Assembly (NCBI GenBank): GCA_963759915.1
Contig: CAVXBJ010000037.1
Coordinates: forward strand, 828-64,827
DNA length: 64,000 bases
Direction: 5' to 3'
Origin: an uncultured Actinomycetota bacterium
GTDB taxonomy: Bacteria; Actinomycetota; Actinomycetes; Propionibacteriales; Propionibacteriaceae
The position numbers and the translations under genes were made by a program. Below, in pieces: positions 13,403 through 24,458 of the stretch. Each line of letters begins with the position of its first letter. Within the stretch, counting starts at the first letter, position 1. The notes below the pieces were generated by a model. It did not search any database. It was not told the origin of the DNA and was given only the letters and a program-made list of their open reading frames with translations.

Positions 13403-14149
13403 GTGTCGACGACGACCAGGGTGAGTGTCGAGGTGCGGGACGGCCGGCACCAGGTGCGCACCAGCGCCGGGCTGCTGCGCGCCCAGCGGCTGCACGGTCC
13501 CACCGACCGAGCCCGGGTCGCGCTGGTCGGTCAGACGGCCCTGCTGCTCGGCGGTGACCGGGTGGGACTGGACATCGAGGTCGGCCCAGGTGCGTTGCTG
13601 GAGCTCTCCGACATCGCCGGCACCGTCGCCTACCACGGGCGGGGGAGCGCGGCGTCCTGGCACACGAGCATCCGGCTGGGGCTGGGAGCACGGCTCAGCT
13701 ACGCCGGCGAGCCACTGATCCTCAGCGACGGATCCGACGTGACCCGCACCCTGACCATCGACCTCGCCGAGGGTGCCGCCGCCCGGCTGCGGGAGACCCT
13801 GGTGTTCGGACGGGCGGGCGAGGTCGGCGGCCGCGTGGACGCGTCGACCGTGCTCCGCCGCGAGGGCGTCGAGTTCTGTCGCGAGCGTCTGCTGCTGGAC
13901 CCCGACGCCCGCTCGCGACCGGGGGTGCTGTCCGGGGTGCGGGTCGTGGACTCGGTGCTCACCCTGGAGGACTCCCAGGGCGCGGGGGCAGCAGACCGTA
14001 CGGGTTCGTCCGTGCCCCCGCCCGCCGACGGGCGCACCCGGTCGGCGGCGGCGGACCTGGTGACCTACCAGCTGCTCGAGCCGGGTAGCACTCTCAGCCG
14101 CTACCTGGGTGTCGACCTGACCCGCTCACCGCTGACCCACCCGGCCTGA
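13403..14149 (+). CDS. ureD: urease accessory protein UreD/UreH
   Basis: LLGGDRV, EPLI, RETLVFGRAGEVGG; last gene of the ure operon; start approximate. Confidence 0.85.
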   Translation: MSTTTRVSVEVRDGRHQVRTSAGLLRAQRLHGPTDRARVALVGQTALLLGGDRVGLDIEVGPGALLELSDIAGTVAYHGRGSAASWHTSIRLGLGARLSYAGEPLILSDGSDVTRTLTIDLAEGAAARLRETLVFGRAGEVGGRVDASTVLRREGVEFCRERLLLDPDARSRPGVLSGVRVVDSVLTLEDSQGAGAADRTGSSVPPPADGRTRSAAADLVTYQLLEPGSTLSRYLGVDLTRSPLTHPA

Positions 14150-14230
14150 ACCCCGCAGGTGCCGTCCGTCACCGGCGTCGCTGGTGCTGCACCACACGCG
14201 GAGCTCGGACCGGCTCGGAGGGCCGAAGGA

Positions 14231-15058
14231 TCAGCCGCCCGCCGTACCGGTGTCGTTGCTGCCGACCTGCGGGGTCTCGCTGCCGGCCGTGGACGGCGCC
14301 GCGCTCGAGGTCGGTTCGGTGCTGGTGGAGGGATCCGCGCCCTGGCTCGGCTCCGTGGAGGGCGCCACCGACTGGCTGGGTTCGGTGGACGGCTCCGTGC
14401 TGGTTCCGGCGCTCGGGGTGGCCGACGGAGCGGCGGACGGCTCCGTGGAGGTGCTGCTGGACGGTGCCTGGGTGGGCGTGTCCGTGCCTCCCGAGCCACC
14501 CTCACTGACCTGGGTGATCGTCGTGCCCTCGCCGCCGGAGACCGACTGGCCGCTGATCAGCTCGAAGCCGGTGATGCCGGCGATGGCCAGCAGGAAGACG
14601 GCCGCGGTGCTGACCAGGATGGGCTTCCAGGGCCACCGGGAGACGGGGCGACCGGCGCCGTCGACCTCGGCGGCGGTCGCCACCGGGTCGGGCGAGGCGG
14701 GGGCGACGGCGGCGGTGGGCTGGGTGACGGTGGTCCAGCCGTCGACCTCGGTGGCGGTCGACACGGTGGTCACCTCGACGTCGGTTTTCCCGACGCGACC
14801 GACGAACGCGGTAGCGAGCTTGTTCCGGGTGTGCTTGAGCGACGCCGTGTAGAGCGAGCCGGCCGTGCCGGCCACGAGGCTGCCGATGGCCGCACCGAGC
14901 ACGGTGCCGGCCACGCCGAGCTGAGCACCGATCAGCGCGGCGGTCATGGCGGCCAGGGCGCCGCCGATGAGCTGGGTCGCGGACATCCCGAACGGCGGGG
15001 CCTTCGGTTCGTCTGGTTGCTCAGGGGTGGGGCGGGGCAGGGTCTTGGTATCAGTCAT
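14231..15058 (-). CDS. hypothetical membrane protein with Ser/Thr/Pro-rich tail
   Basis: TQLIGGALAAMTAALIGAQLGVAGTVLGAAIGS...LYTASL and ITGFELISG motifs of a common actinobacterial hypothetical family. Confidence 0.75.
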   Translation of the reverse strand: MTDTKTLPRPTPEQPDEPKAPPFGMSATQLIGGALAAMTAALIGAQLGVAGTVLGAAIGSLVAGTAGSLYTASLKHTRNKLATAFVGRVGKTDVEVTTVSTATEVDGWTTVTQPTAAVAPASPDPVATAAEVDGAGRPVSRWPWKPILVSTAAVFLLAIAGITGFELISGQSVSGGEGTTITQVSEGGSGGTDTPTQAPSSSTSTEPSAAPSATPSAGTSTEPSTEPSQSVAPSTEPSQGADPSTSTEPTSSAAPSTAGSETPQVGSNDTGTAGG

Positions 15059-15260
15059 CGTGGAGTGCGAGTTCCTGGTGTTCTCTGGGTTCGGGCGAGG
15101 TCGTGCCCTCGGGCACGTGGACGCCCCTGTCCACTCCGCCCAACGCCAGGCACCCACGGATCGTTACCCAGCCGCCGCTCGTGGTGACCAAACCCACACC
15201 GACCCCGCGTCGAGCGCGCCGCGGTTGCCGCCGCTCAGGGGGCGAACCCGGCCCACTACG

Positions 15261-15296
15261 CACCGACGCCCCGCCCGGAGGGGCGAGGCGTCGGTG
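15261..15296 (-). terminator. GC-rich hairpin downstream of qcrB
   Basis: CACCGACGCC-ccgcccggaggggcga-GGCGTCGGTG. Confidence 0.55.
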
Positions 15297-15328
15297 ACGA
15301 GGTGGCCGGCGACAGAGGTTGCCGGTGA

Positions 15329-17091
15329 TCAGTCCTGAGCGCGTCGGGCGCCCGAGCCCGCTCCGATCTCCTGCGTGCCGTGACCGTTGCCATGGCCGTT
15401 GCCGATCTCGCCGTGTCCGTTGCCGTCGCCGTGGTCGTCGTCGTGGTGGGCAGCCGCTTCCAGCTCCGCCCGGGTCGGCTTGCGGAGCGCATCGAGATAC
15501 CAGAACCGGGTCGCCTTGCGACGACGCTGCTCCTTCTTGAGCTCCTTGTCCGAGAGGTCACCCTGCTCGGCGACCGCAGTGAGAGGCAGCGGCTCGACGT
15601 GCTGGGTGAGCGTGTACGCCTCCTCCTGGTCGATCGGCACGTGTGCCTCGGAGTACCCACCGGACGGATCCCGCACGATGATGGCGCTCTCCGAGCCGTG
15701 CAGCAGCCGCTCGGCGTCGGCCCGCTGGAGGCCGATGCAGATCCGCTTGGTGATGATGAAGGCGATCACCGGACCGACGAAGACCATCACCCGCAGGAAG
15801 TACGTGACCGAGTTCAGGGACACGTGGAACTGGGTGGCGATCAGGTCGTTGCCACCACCGATCCAGAACAGCCCGTAGCAGGTCATCGCGGCCACACCGA
15901 ACGCGGTCCGGGTCGGGACGTTGCGCGGTCGGTCCAGGATGTGGTGCTCGGACTTGTCGCCGGTGACCCACTGCTCGACGAACGGGTACAGCCCCATCGC
16001 CACGGCCATCAGACCCATCAGCCCCAGACCGGGGATCGCGACGTTCCAGGACCAGGTCGTGTTGCCGATGTGGGATTCCCAGTTCGGCATGATCCGGATC
16101 GCGCCCTCGACGAAGCCCATGTACCAGTCGGGCTGGCTGCCCGCGGTCACCTGAGCCGGGTTGTAGGGGCCGTACGTCCACAGCGGGTTGATCTGCATCA
16201 GCCCGCCCATCAAGGTGATGACACCGAAGACGATGAAGAAGAAGCCACCGGCCTTGGCCATGTACACCGGGAAGACCGGGTAGCCGACGACGTTGCCGTC
16301 GTTGCGACCGGGGCCGGGGTACTGGGTGTGCTTGTGGTAGACCACCAGGGCCAGGTGAGCGGCGATCAGACCGAGCAGCACGGCCGGGATGAGCAGGATG
16401 TGCGCCATGTACAGGCGGGCCACGATCAGCGACCCGGGGAACTCGCCGGCGAAGACGAACATCTCCGCCCAGGTCCCGATGATGGGGATGGCCCGGACCA
16501 GACCGTCCACGAAGCGCAACCCGGTACCGGACAGCAGGTCGTCCGGCAGCGAGTACCCGGCGAAGCCCTCGATCAGGCCGATGAACAGGAGGCTGACACC
16601 GATCAGCCAGTTGATCTCACGCGGCTTGCGGAAGGCTCCGGTGAAGAAGATGCGCAGGCTGTGGGCCAGCATCGCCGCCAGGAACAGCATGGCCGCCCAG
16701 TGGTGCATCTGGCGGATCAGCAGCCCACCACGGATGTCGAAGGAGATGGCCAGCGTCGACTCGAACGCCTCGGACATCTGCAGCCCGCGGAGCAGCTGGT
16801 AGGTGCCCTCGTACTCCACCTCGGCCATCGACGGCTTGAACCAGAAGGTCAAGAAACACCGGTGAGCAGCAGGATGATGAACGAGTAGAGCGCGACCTCA
16901 CCCAGCAGGAACGACCAGTGGTCGGGGAACACCTTGCGGATGAACGGGCGGCTCAGCTTGGCCACACCGATCCGGTCGTCGGCCCACTTGGCGGGGCCGG
17001 CGGCGACCTTGAAGACCGGGCCGAGCTGCTTGGGTGGGGTCTCGGCCGCGACCGAGCGGCTGGAGGAGACGGTGGGTGCGGGCTTGGCCAT
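15329..17091 (-). CDS. qcrB: cytochrome bcc complex cytochrome b subunit (frameshift ~16850)
   Basis: [46 protein letters not shown]. Confidence 0.95.
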
Positions 17092-18195
17092 CAGTTATCA
17101 CCCTGTTGGAAGTCGTTGCGGGAGTCCCGCTCGAAGTAGCTGGGCCCGGTGGGCACGTTGAAACCGTCCCGGGCGACCAGATACCCCTCGGCGTCGACGG
17201 TGATCGGGAGCTGGGGCAGCGACCGGGCGGCAGGTCCGAAGACCACCACTCCGGAGTCGCCCAGGTCGAACGTCGACTGGTGGCAGGGGCACAGCAGGTG
17301 GTGCGTCTGCTGTTCCCACAGGCTGATCGGGCACCCGACGTGGGTGCAGATCTTGGAGTAGCACAGGATCCCGCCGACGTGCCAGTCCTTGCGCGAGTCG
17401 GGGATCTTGATCGTGTTCGGATTCATCCGGACGACGATGATGGAGGCCTTGGCCTTCTCCTGCAGGAACTCGGTGCCGTGCAGCTCCTGCAGGTTCTCGG
17501 GCTGGGCGTTGACCAGCTGGCCGATCTGGATCTGGTCGGCCTTGATCGGGACGTACGTGACGTCGTTGACCAGCCGGATGCCTTCCTTCCAGATCGTCGT
17601 CGCGATGGTCTGCGAGATGAACTTCCGGGTCGGCCACGGGCCGAGGTCGGCCAGCAGGACGACACCGGGGAGGGCCACCAGGCCGAGGGCGCCGAGGAGG
17701 CTGCGGCCGAGCACCTTGCGGCGGGTGATCTTCGGACTCGTCGATGCCCTGCTCGAGCAGCGCGATGGTCTCCTGGCGCTCCTCGTCGCTGGACGCGGCT
17801 CCGTGCCGGTAGTCGACGGCCTCGTGGTCGTCCATCAGCTGACGGGCCCACTGGATGGCGCCGATGCCGATCAGCACCAGCGCCAGGCCGAGGGTGAGAC
17901 CGAGCACCACGTGCTGCAGGTTGGAGTGCAGCGGGCCGAAGTCGATGTACGCGGTCTTCGGGATGGCGAAGTAGCTGACCACGAAGATCAGCGCCAGGAT
18001 CGGGACGATGCCGAACATCGTCGCCACCTGCCGGGTGGCCCGGTCGGCGGCGTCCTCGTCGACGTCGGTGAGCCGGGGGAGGTGCTCGGGCTCGCCCGGG
18101 TCCGGGACGGGGAACCGGGCGTCGTCGACCGTGGCGAGCTCGTTGCCGGGCCCCCTGCCGTGGCCGTCGCCGGTGCGGTGCTCCAGGTCGGTCAT
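17091..18195 (-). CDS. qcrA: Rieske iron-sulfur subunit (frameshift ~17730)
   Basis: [10 protein letters not shown] and [11 protein letters not shown] Rieske motifs; N-terminal TM region in another frame. Confidence 0.95.
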
Positions 18196-19006
18196 CGCGC
18201 CTTCACTCCCTTCGCTGCGATCCAGATCGCGAACAGGATCAGGACCCCGAGACCGGCGACCCACGCCCACAGGCCCTCGGCCACCGGGCCGAGTCCGCCG
18301 AGCGCCAGACCACCGCGGTTGGGCTGCTCGTGCAGCTCGTTGAGGTAGCCGATGATGGCCCGCTTGTCCTCGTTGGTCAGCACCCCGTTGGAGAACACCG
18401 GCATCTGCTGCGGGCCGGTCAGCATGGCCGTGTACAGGTGCAGGTTGCTGACCCCGAACAGGGCCGGCGCGTACTTGCCGTTCGGCAGCGCGCCGCCGGC
18501 TCCTTCGAAGTTGTGGCAGGCCGAGCAGTTGGTGCGGAACAGCTCGCCACCGCGGGCGATCTCCTCCTCGCTCAGACCGGCCGGGTCGTACTGCTCGGGC
18601 TCGGGGATGGCCGGGCCGGGGCCGAGGGTGGCCACGTACGCGGCCAGCGCGAGGATCTCGTCCTCGGTGAACTGGCTCGGCTTGGTCTGCGCCTGCGGGC
18701 CGGGGTGCGCCATCGGCATCCGACCGGTCGCGACCTGGAACTCCACCGCCGCCGCACCGACGCCGACCAGCGGCGGGCCCTGGATGGTGCCGGAGACCTG
18801 ACCCTCACCGTTCAGACCGTGGCACGAGGCGCACAGACGGCGAACAGCGCCTTGCCCTCCGCCACCTGCTGGCTGGTGCCGGTGTCGGCGGCAGACTTCG
18901 TGCTCGGCGCGAGAGCCGAGTAGAGAGCGCCCATGACAAGCAGGGCGAACACCAGGACCAGCCCTTTGGCTGCCGGGTGCCGTCGTCTTGCGGTCAGGAA
19001 TCGCAC
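18192..19006 (-). CDS. qcrC: diheme cytochrome c subunit (frameshift ~18835)
   Basis: CASCH and CSACH heme motifs, TGRMP, GPQQMPVF, GPVAEGL. Confidence 0.95.
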
Positions 19007-19107
19007 GTGGGGGTCCCTCTCGGTTGTGCGGTGGGGCGGTTTCCGTGATGTGAAGTTCGCCCAGTCTGATCATTCAGTTGTGTGGTCGGGCGCGGATGCG
19101 CCGACGA

Positions 19108-19818
19108 TCAACGAAGGAGGTAGATGACGCCGAACAGAGCGATCCAGACGACGTCGACGAAGTGCCAGTAGTACGACACCACCACGGCGCTGACGGCCTG
19201 CTCGTGGGTGAAGGTGCGGGCCAGGTAGGTGCGGCCGAGGAACAGCACGAAGGCGACCAGTCCGCCGGTCACGTGCAGTCCGTGGAAACCGGTGGCGAGG
19301 AAGAAGGCTGACCAGTAGACGTTGGTGGAGATGGTGGCGCCCTCGGAGAACAGCGCCGCGTACTCGAACACCTGGCCGCCGATGAAGAAGGCGCCCATCA
19401 GGAAGGTCAGGATGTACCACTCGCGGAGGCCCCAGCCCTTGATGCCGGCGCAGCGAACCGGTGCGGTTGACCTGCCCGCGCTCGGCGGCGAAGACGCCCA
19501 TCTGGCAGGTGAAGGAGCTGGCCACCAGGACCGTGGTGTTGACCACCGCGAACGGGATGTTCAACATCTCGGTCGAGGTGTGCCACAGGGCTCGGTGCCG
19601 GCGGCCGCGGCCTGGGCGTTCGTCACGTTGCGGATGGTGAAGTAGGCCGCGAACAGGGCGGCGAAGAACATCAGCTCCGACGCCAGCCACACGATGGTGC
19701 CCACGGCGACCATGTCAGGGCGCCCCTCATGTCCCCGCAGGCGCGACTGCGGGATGCGGTGCAGTGCGCCGTGCGGCTTGATCATCGAGCCGCTGATCTC
19801 GTGTGTATGCAGAGCCAC
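19108..19818 (-). CDS. ctaE: cytochrome c oxidase subunit III (frameshifted)
   Basis: [57 protein letters not shown]. Confidence 0.93.
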
Positions 19819-20028
19819 GGGGTCATTATTGCCGTACGACACCGCCAGGTCACCCCGGGGCACGCAAACGAGGTGTCGGCGGCTCGTCCGGGGTCGCTCG
19901 CGTCCGATCCGCCGTCGGCTCGGCACGGACGGCGGGACCGAGTCCGCACGACCGCCCGTGGGCGATCGAGCGCGAGGCCGGTCCCGGGCCGTTCCGATAC
20001 GATCCCCAGGCACACCGAGGAGGAGGAC

Positions 20029-20488
20029 ATGGACGCGATGACCGACGAGGTCCAGCACACCGACCCGACCGCGACGGGGGCGACGCGAGAGCTCGTGATC
20101 CTGCTCTACGCCTCGGACCGGACCGTACGGGAGAACGTCCGCCTCACCCTCGGCCGGAAGGTGGCGGCCGACCTGCCGCCCGTCCGGGTGCAGGAAGTCG
20201 CCACCCAGCCGGCGGTGCTGACCGCGATGGACCGCGGCGGCATCGACCTGGCCATCCTGGACGGTGAGGCCGTGCCGGGGGGCATGGGGCTGTGTCGCCA
20301 GCTGAAGGACGAGATCTTCCCCTGCCCGCCGATCCTGGTGCTCACCGCTCGCCGGGACGACGCGTGGCTCGCGACCTGGTCGCGGGCCGACGGCGTGGTC
20401 GCCGCACCCGGTCGATCCGCTGCGGCTGCCGGAGGCCGTCGCCGCGCTGCTGCGGTCGGGCACCGACGTGTCCCTCGGTCCCGCCTGA
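20029..20488 (+). CDS. atypical single-domain response-regulator receiver protein (frameshift ~20410)
   Basis: [30 protein letters not shown]...[11 protein letters not shown]; conserved gene between ctaE and trpD; AGGAGG RBS. Confidence 0.85.
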
Positions 20489-20489
20489 C

Positions 20490-21544
20490 ATGCCGAACGC
20501 GGGTGCCCGACGGGCCGACCGCACCTGGTCGGACGTCCTCGGGCCGCTGGTGGCCGGTCAGGACCTGTCGCACGGGGCCACGGCCTGGGCGATGGAACGA
20601 CTCCTCAGCGGTGAGGCCACGCCGGCCCAGCAGGCGGCGTTCGTGGTGGCGCTGCGCTGCAAGGGGGAGACCGTCGAGGAGCTCTCCGGGCTCGCCGACA
20701 CGATGCTCGACTTCGCGACGCCGATCGAGGTGCCGGGACCGGCGGTCGACGTGGTCGGCTCCGGTGGCGACCGGGCCAACACCGTCAACGTCTCCACCAT
20801 GGCCGCCATCGTCGCCGCCGCGGCGGGGGCCCGCGTCGTCAAGCACGGCAACCGCGCGGCCTCCTCGGCCTGCGGAGCCGCCGACGTGCTCGAGGCGCTG
20901 GGGGTCGTGCTGGATCTTCCGCCGGAGCGCCAGGCCGGCGTCGTCACCGAGGTCGGCATCGGCTTCCTGTTCGCCCCGCTCTACCACCCGGCGCTGCGCC
21001 ACGCGGTGTGGCGCCGCGAGCTCGGCATCCCGACCACGTTCAACTTCCTCGGACCGCTGGCCAACCCGGCGCAGCCGGTCGCCCAGGCCGTCGGCGTGGC
21101 CGACGTGCGGATGGCCACCCTGATGGCCGGTGTCTTCGCCGGCGCGCGGCCAGCGCGGACTCGTGGTGCACGGCGGCGACGGCCTGGACGAGCTGACCAC
21201 CACGACCACGTCGACGGTCTGGGTGTACGCCGACGGGCACGGTCCGGCAGCGCGAGCTCGACCCGGCCGACCTCGGCATCCCCCGGGCCGCCGTCGCCGA
21301 CCTGGTCGGCGGCGACGCGGCGACCAACGCCGGCGTCGTCCGCGACCTGCTCGACGGTCGGACCGGACCCGTCCGCGACATCGTCACCCTGAACGCGGCC
21401 GCGGCCCTGGTGGCGTACGACGGACCGGTCGCCGACGATCTGGAGGACCAGCTCGCCGGCGCGCTGACGCGGGCTCGGGACGCCATCGACTCGGGTGCCG
21501 GCAAGGCGAAGCTCGAAGCCTGGGTAGCCAGTACGCGGTCTTGA
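20490..21544 (+). CDS. trpD: anthranilate phosphoribosyltransferase (frameshifted)
   Basis: [63 protein letters not shown]. Confidence 0.95.
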
Positions 21545-21600
21545 TGCTCGGGCCTGACCGGCCTCACCCCTGCACAGGATCGCGCGCCGACGGAGTTCTG

Positions 21601-21712
21601 GTGCTCGCTCCGCTCGCACGCGGATCGCGCTGGAACCCGACGGTGTCGTCACTCTTCGCGAAACGAGAAGCGTGTTTCGCTCATCGCTCCTCCATCCGTC
21701 GGCGCGCGATCC
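21601..21712. repeat. G·A-ladder hairpin repeat, copy E
   Basis: Minus strand CCGACGGATG-GAGGAGCGATGA-GCGAAAC-acgcttctc-GTTTCGC-GAAGAGTGACGA-CACCGTCGG, plus the GTGC-GA-GC-GGA-GC-GA-GCAC mini-hairpin at 21601-21619. Confidence 0.8.
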
Positions 21713-21771
21713 GGTGAGGGCGAGGGATCCGGCGTAAGCGCCGAGGGATCGGGTGCCGGTCGAGGAAGCCT

Positions 21772-22611
21772 TCAGTTGATGCGAACGGAGTCCAGGGAGG
21801 TGGCGGCGAGGGTGCGGATCTGCTCGCCGGCGTCATCGGGCACCGAGCTGAACGCGACCACGACCGAGCCGTCGTCGAGACGGACCAGGATCGCGGTCAC
21901 GTCGTCGTACCGGCTGGGCAGCCCGGCGATCTGATAGCTCACCCGCGCGGTGACCCGCACCCCGCTGTGCCCGTCGACGGCGTGGTCGGAGACATCGACG
22001 TGATCGACGACGGTCGAGGCGCTGCCGTAGATCCTGCCGGCGAGCTTCCGGACGGTCGCGACCGAGTCCTCGTCGAGATCGAAGTCGTCCGCCAGGCGCT
22101 CGTTGACCGAGGCGAGGCAGGTCATGGCCGTCCACCCGGCGTGCTGGGCGGTGCGCGGGTGGACGGTGGCCTCGGCGATGAAGACGACGTCCAGCACGCC
22201 CGGCACCTGGTGGGTGCCGCCGGACACCTTGTACGGGGACGGCGGCAGATCCATCGTGACCGGCCCGATGCTCGCCCGGCGGGCCTTTTCGTCCAGCTGG
22301 CCACCGACCGAGGCGGCGGCTTCGTCGGGCTGGCGACCCGACCCGGTCGTCGGACCCGACCAGAGCAGCAGCAGGGCGCCCGCCGACGTCGTCAGCACGA
22401 GCGCGACGACGACGGTCCAGGCCACCGCCCGCACCATCCGCGACCGGCGGCGGGGCGGTCCGACCGCGATGACGTCGTCGGGGGAGGGTGCGTACGCGTG
22501 GTCGGCGGTGTGATCGGTCCAGCCGGTGCCGTCCCACCAGCGGTAGGCGGCCTCGGCGGGGGCGTCGTCGGCGGGGTCGGGATACCAACCCGGTCGCGGC
22601 GTCGTGGTCAC
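21772..22611 (-). CDS. DUF2510 domain membrane protein
   Basis: PGWYPDP...RWWDGTGWT N-terminal motif, one TM helix, extracellular domain. Confidence 0.85.
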   Translation of the reverse strand: MTTTPRPGWYPDPADDAPAEAAYRWWDGTGWTDHTADHAYAPSPDDVIAVGPPRRRSRMVRAVAWTVVVALVLTTSAGALLLLWSGPTTGSGRQPDEAAASVGGQLDEKARRASIGPVTMDLPPSPYKVSGGTHQVPGVLDVVFIAEATVHPRTAQHAGWTAMTCLASVNERLADDFDLDEDSVATVRKLAGRIYGSASTVVDHVDVSDHAVDGHSGVRVTARVSYQIAGLPSRYDDVTAILVRLDDGSVVVAFSSVPDDAGEQIRTLAATSLDSVRIN

Positions 22612-22697
22612 GTGATCGAGATTAGTTGGCCGTCGGCAACGTCCGCCGTTCGTCGCGGGCGGGACCCGGCGTACGGAGGGCTGATTACGCTCGGCCC

Positions 22698-23114
22698 ATG
22701 ATCTCTCGTGAGCTTGCCCGTGAGCTGGCGGCGTACCTGCACTGGGAGCCGCAGAACGGCGACCAGTTCTTCATCCCGCGTCCGGAGATCGCCGACTCCG
22801 TGTTCTTGATGAGCGACATGGTGGTCGAGCTGGTCACCCGCAACGGCGACACCCGGTTCCACTTCAACGGCACCGTGGAGTGGGCGCTCGATTCGGTGGA
22901 GCTCGGTGACGTCGTGTGGCTGCCTCGAGAGGATCAGCTGCGCGAGCGGCTGGGTCAGTACTTCTTGTCGCTGGACGCGGGCCCGGACGGGTACGTCGTC
23001 ACCGTGAGCGGACCCGATCGCGCCCATCACACGCCCCCTGAGGCATCGGCGGCGGACGCCTACGGTCGCGCCCTGCTCTACGTGGTCAGCCAGGCGACGG
23101 CGGCGGCCAGGTAG
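22698..23114 (+). CDS. conserved hypothetical protein (family often auto-annotated 'pilus assembly protein CpaE')
   Basis: MISRELA...WEPQNGDQF...FNGTVEWALDSV...VWLPREDQLRERLG...AADAYGRALL. Confidence 0.75.
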   Translation: MISRELARELAAYLHWEPQNGDQFFIPRPEIADSVFLMSDMVVELVTRNGDTRFHFNGTVEWALDSVELGDVVWLPREDQLRERLGQYFLSLDAGPDGYVVTVSGPDRAHHTPPEASAADAYGRALLYVVSQATAAAR

Positions 23115-23783
23115 GCGCCGGCCAGGATCGACGGCGCGTACGCGAACGCCCCACGGCGCCCACGGGCCAGCCGCACCAGACCGACCAGGGCCCCCGTCAG
23201 GCTGCCGAGCACCAGGGCCCAGGCGAGCAACGTCCACGAGGCGGCGGCGGTCGCGGCACCCACCAGCGGGGCGAACCGCACGTCACCGAAGCCGATCCCT
23301 CCGCGGGTGACCAGCCAGATCGCCCCGAACACCGTGCCGGCGACCAGGAACCCGCCGAGTCCGCGGACCAGCTGACCCCAGCCGCCGAGGATCGCGCCGA
23401 TCCCCGTCGCGGCGGCCATCGCCACCCAGGCCACGCGGGTCAGGCTCAGCGGCAGCCAGGTCGTCCGGGCGTCGATGGCGGCCAGCAGCACGCCGAGGGT
23501 GGCCAGCACCAGCCAGCCGGGGAGGACCGGGCGGGGGAGTGTCAGCGCGGGGACCGCGACCGCCGCCGCCGACAGCACCCCGACGATCCCCGCGAACCGA
23601 CGGGTGGCGAGGGTGGCGTAGGCGATCTTGGCGTCCTCCGGGTCTCCGGCGTCCGCGTCCGCGGCGTCGTCGGCTCCGGGTTCGGGGCTCGGCTCGGGCA
23701 GCCGGCGCAGCACGACGGGTGTCGCCCCGAACAGGGCCAGACCGGTCAGTCCCGACAGGATCAGCGACGGTCGCGAGCGTCAT
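23078..23783 (-). CDS. prepilin peptidase (A24 family); frameshift near the start
   Basis: AAIDARTTWLP and GIGFGDVRF catalytic Asp motifs, FAYAPSILAG. Confidence 0.85.
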
Positions 23784-23817
23784 CGCCGCCGGACCGTGCC
23801 GTCGCGCACCGCAGCGC

Positions 23818-24318
23818 TCACGCCGCAGCCCCGCAGCGGGCGTCGAGGCCCTGCTCGATCTCCCACTGCTCGTACGCGGCCGCGATCTTCAGCGCCGCCA
23901 GCTGAGGGCAGGTGGCGGCCCGTTGATCGAGGACCTGCTCGATGTCCCTGATGCTCACGCCGATGTCGTCCGCGAGCCGCTGGACCGTCCAGCCGGCGGC
24001 CACCATCGCGCGCAGCCGGTACCGACTCGGTCGCGCCGGCACCGGCCGGAAGCGGATGGCCTTCGCCTCCGAGGTCGTGATCCGGAGCAACCGCCGCCCG
24101 GTGTCGCCGCAGACCCGGCGCACCGGGCGGCCACGACGGCCGTGCGCCAGGTGGTCCACCGAACGCAGGCTCACTCCGGCCAGCCGAGCGATGACCGGTT
24201 CGGTCAGACCGGTGGCCAGCAGGTGCGTGAGATGGGCTCGGAAGGGAGTGGCGTCGACCCACACGCCCTCCTGCTCGGGGTCGTAGGAATACAGAATCGG
24301 CTGCAGCGCCTCGATCAC
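23818..24318 (-). CDS. hypothetical protein with two HTH-like segments (actinophage-type)
   Basis: VDATPFRAHL..LLATG...IARLAGVS...V and RLRAMVAAGWTVQRLADDIGVS; GAGGAGG RBS. Confidence 0.65.
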   Translation of the reverse strand: MIEALQPILYSYDPEQEGVWVDATPFRAHLTHLLATGLTEPVIARLAGVSLRSVDHLAHGRRGRPVRRVCGDTGRRLLRITTSEAKAIRFRPVPARPSRYRLRAMVAAGWTVQRLADDIGVSIRDIEQVLDQRAATCPQLAALKIAAAYEQWEIEQGLDARCGAAA

Positions 24319-24458
24319 GGATCCTCCTCGTCGGTCTTCTACTGAGAGAAGGCCTTGTCGGAGGGGCCGCTGTGAGCGCTGCAGCCGATGCTTTTTGCCT
24401 CAGGTGTCGTCGGTTTCCGGCCCGGTGTCGTCCCGGCTGCCGACGTGTCGTCCGGACC

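Noticed and set aside
24356-24378. TGTCGG PafBC-like motif on the + strand
   Set aside because: No TA-N3-T at the 10-nt spacing and no + strand gene downstream
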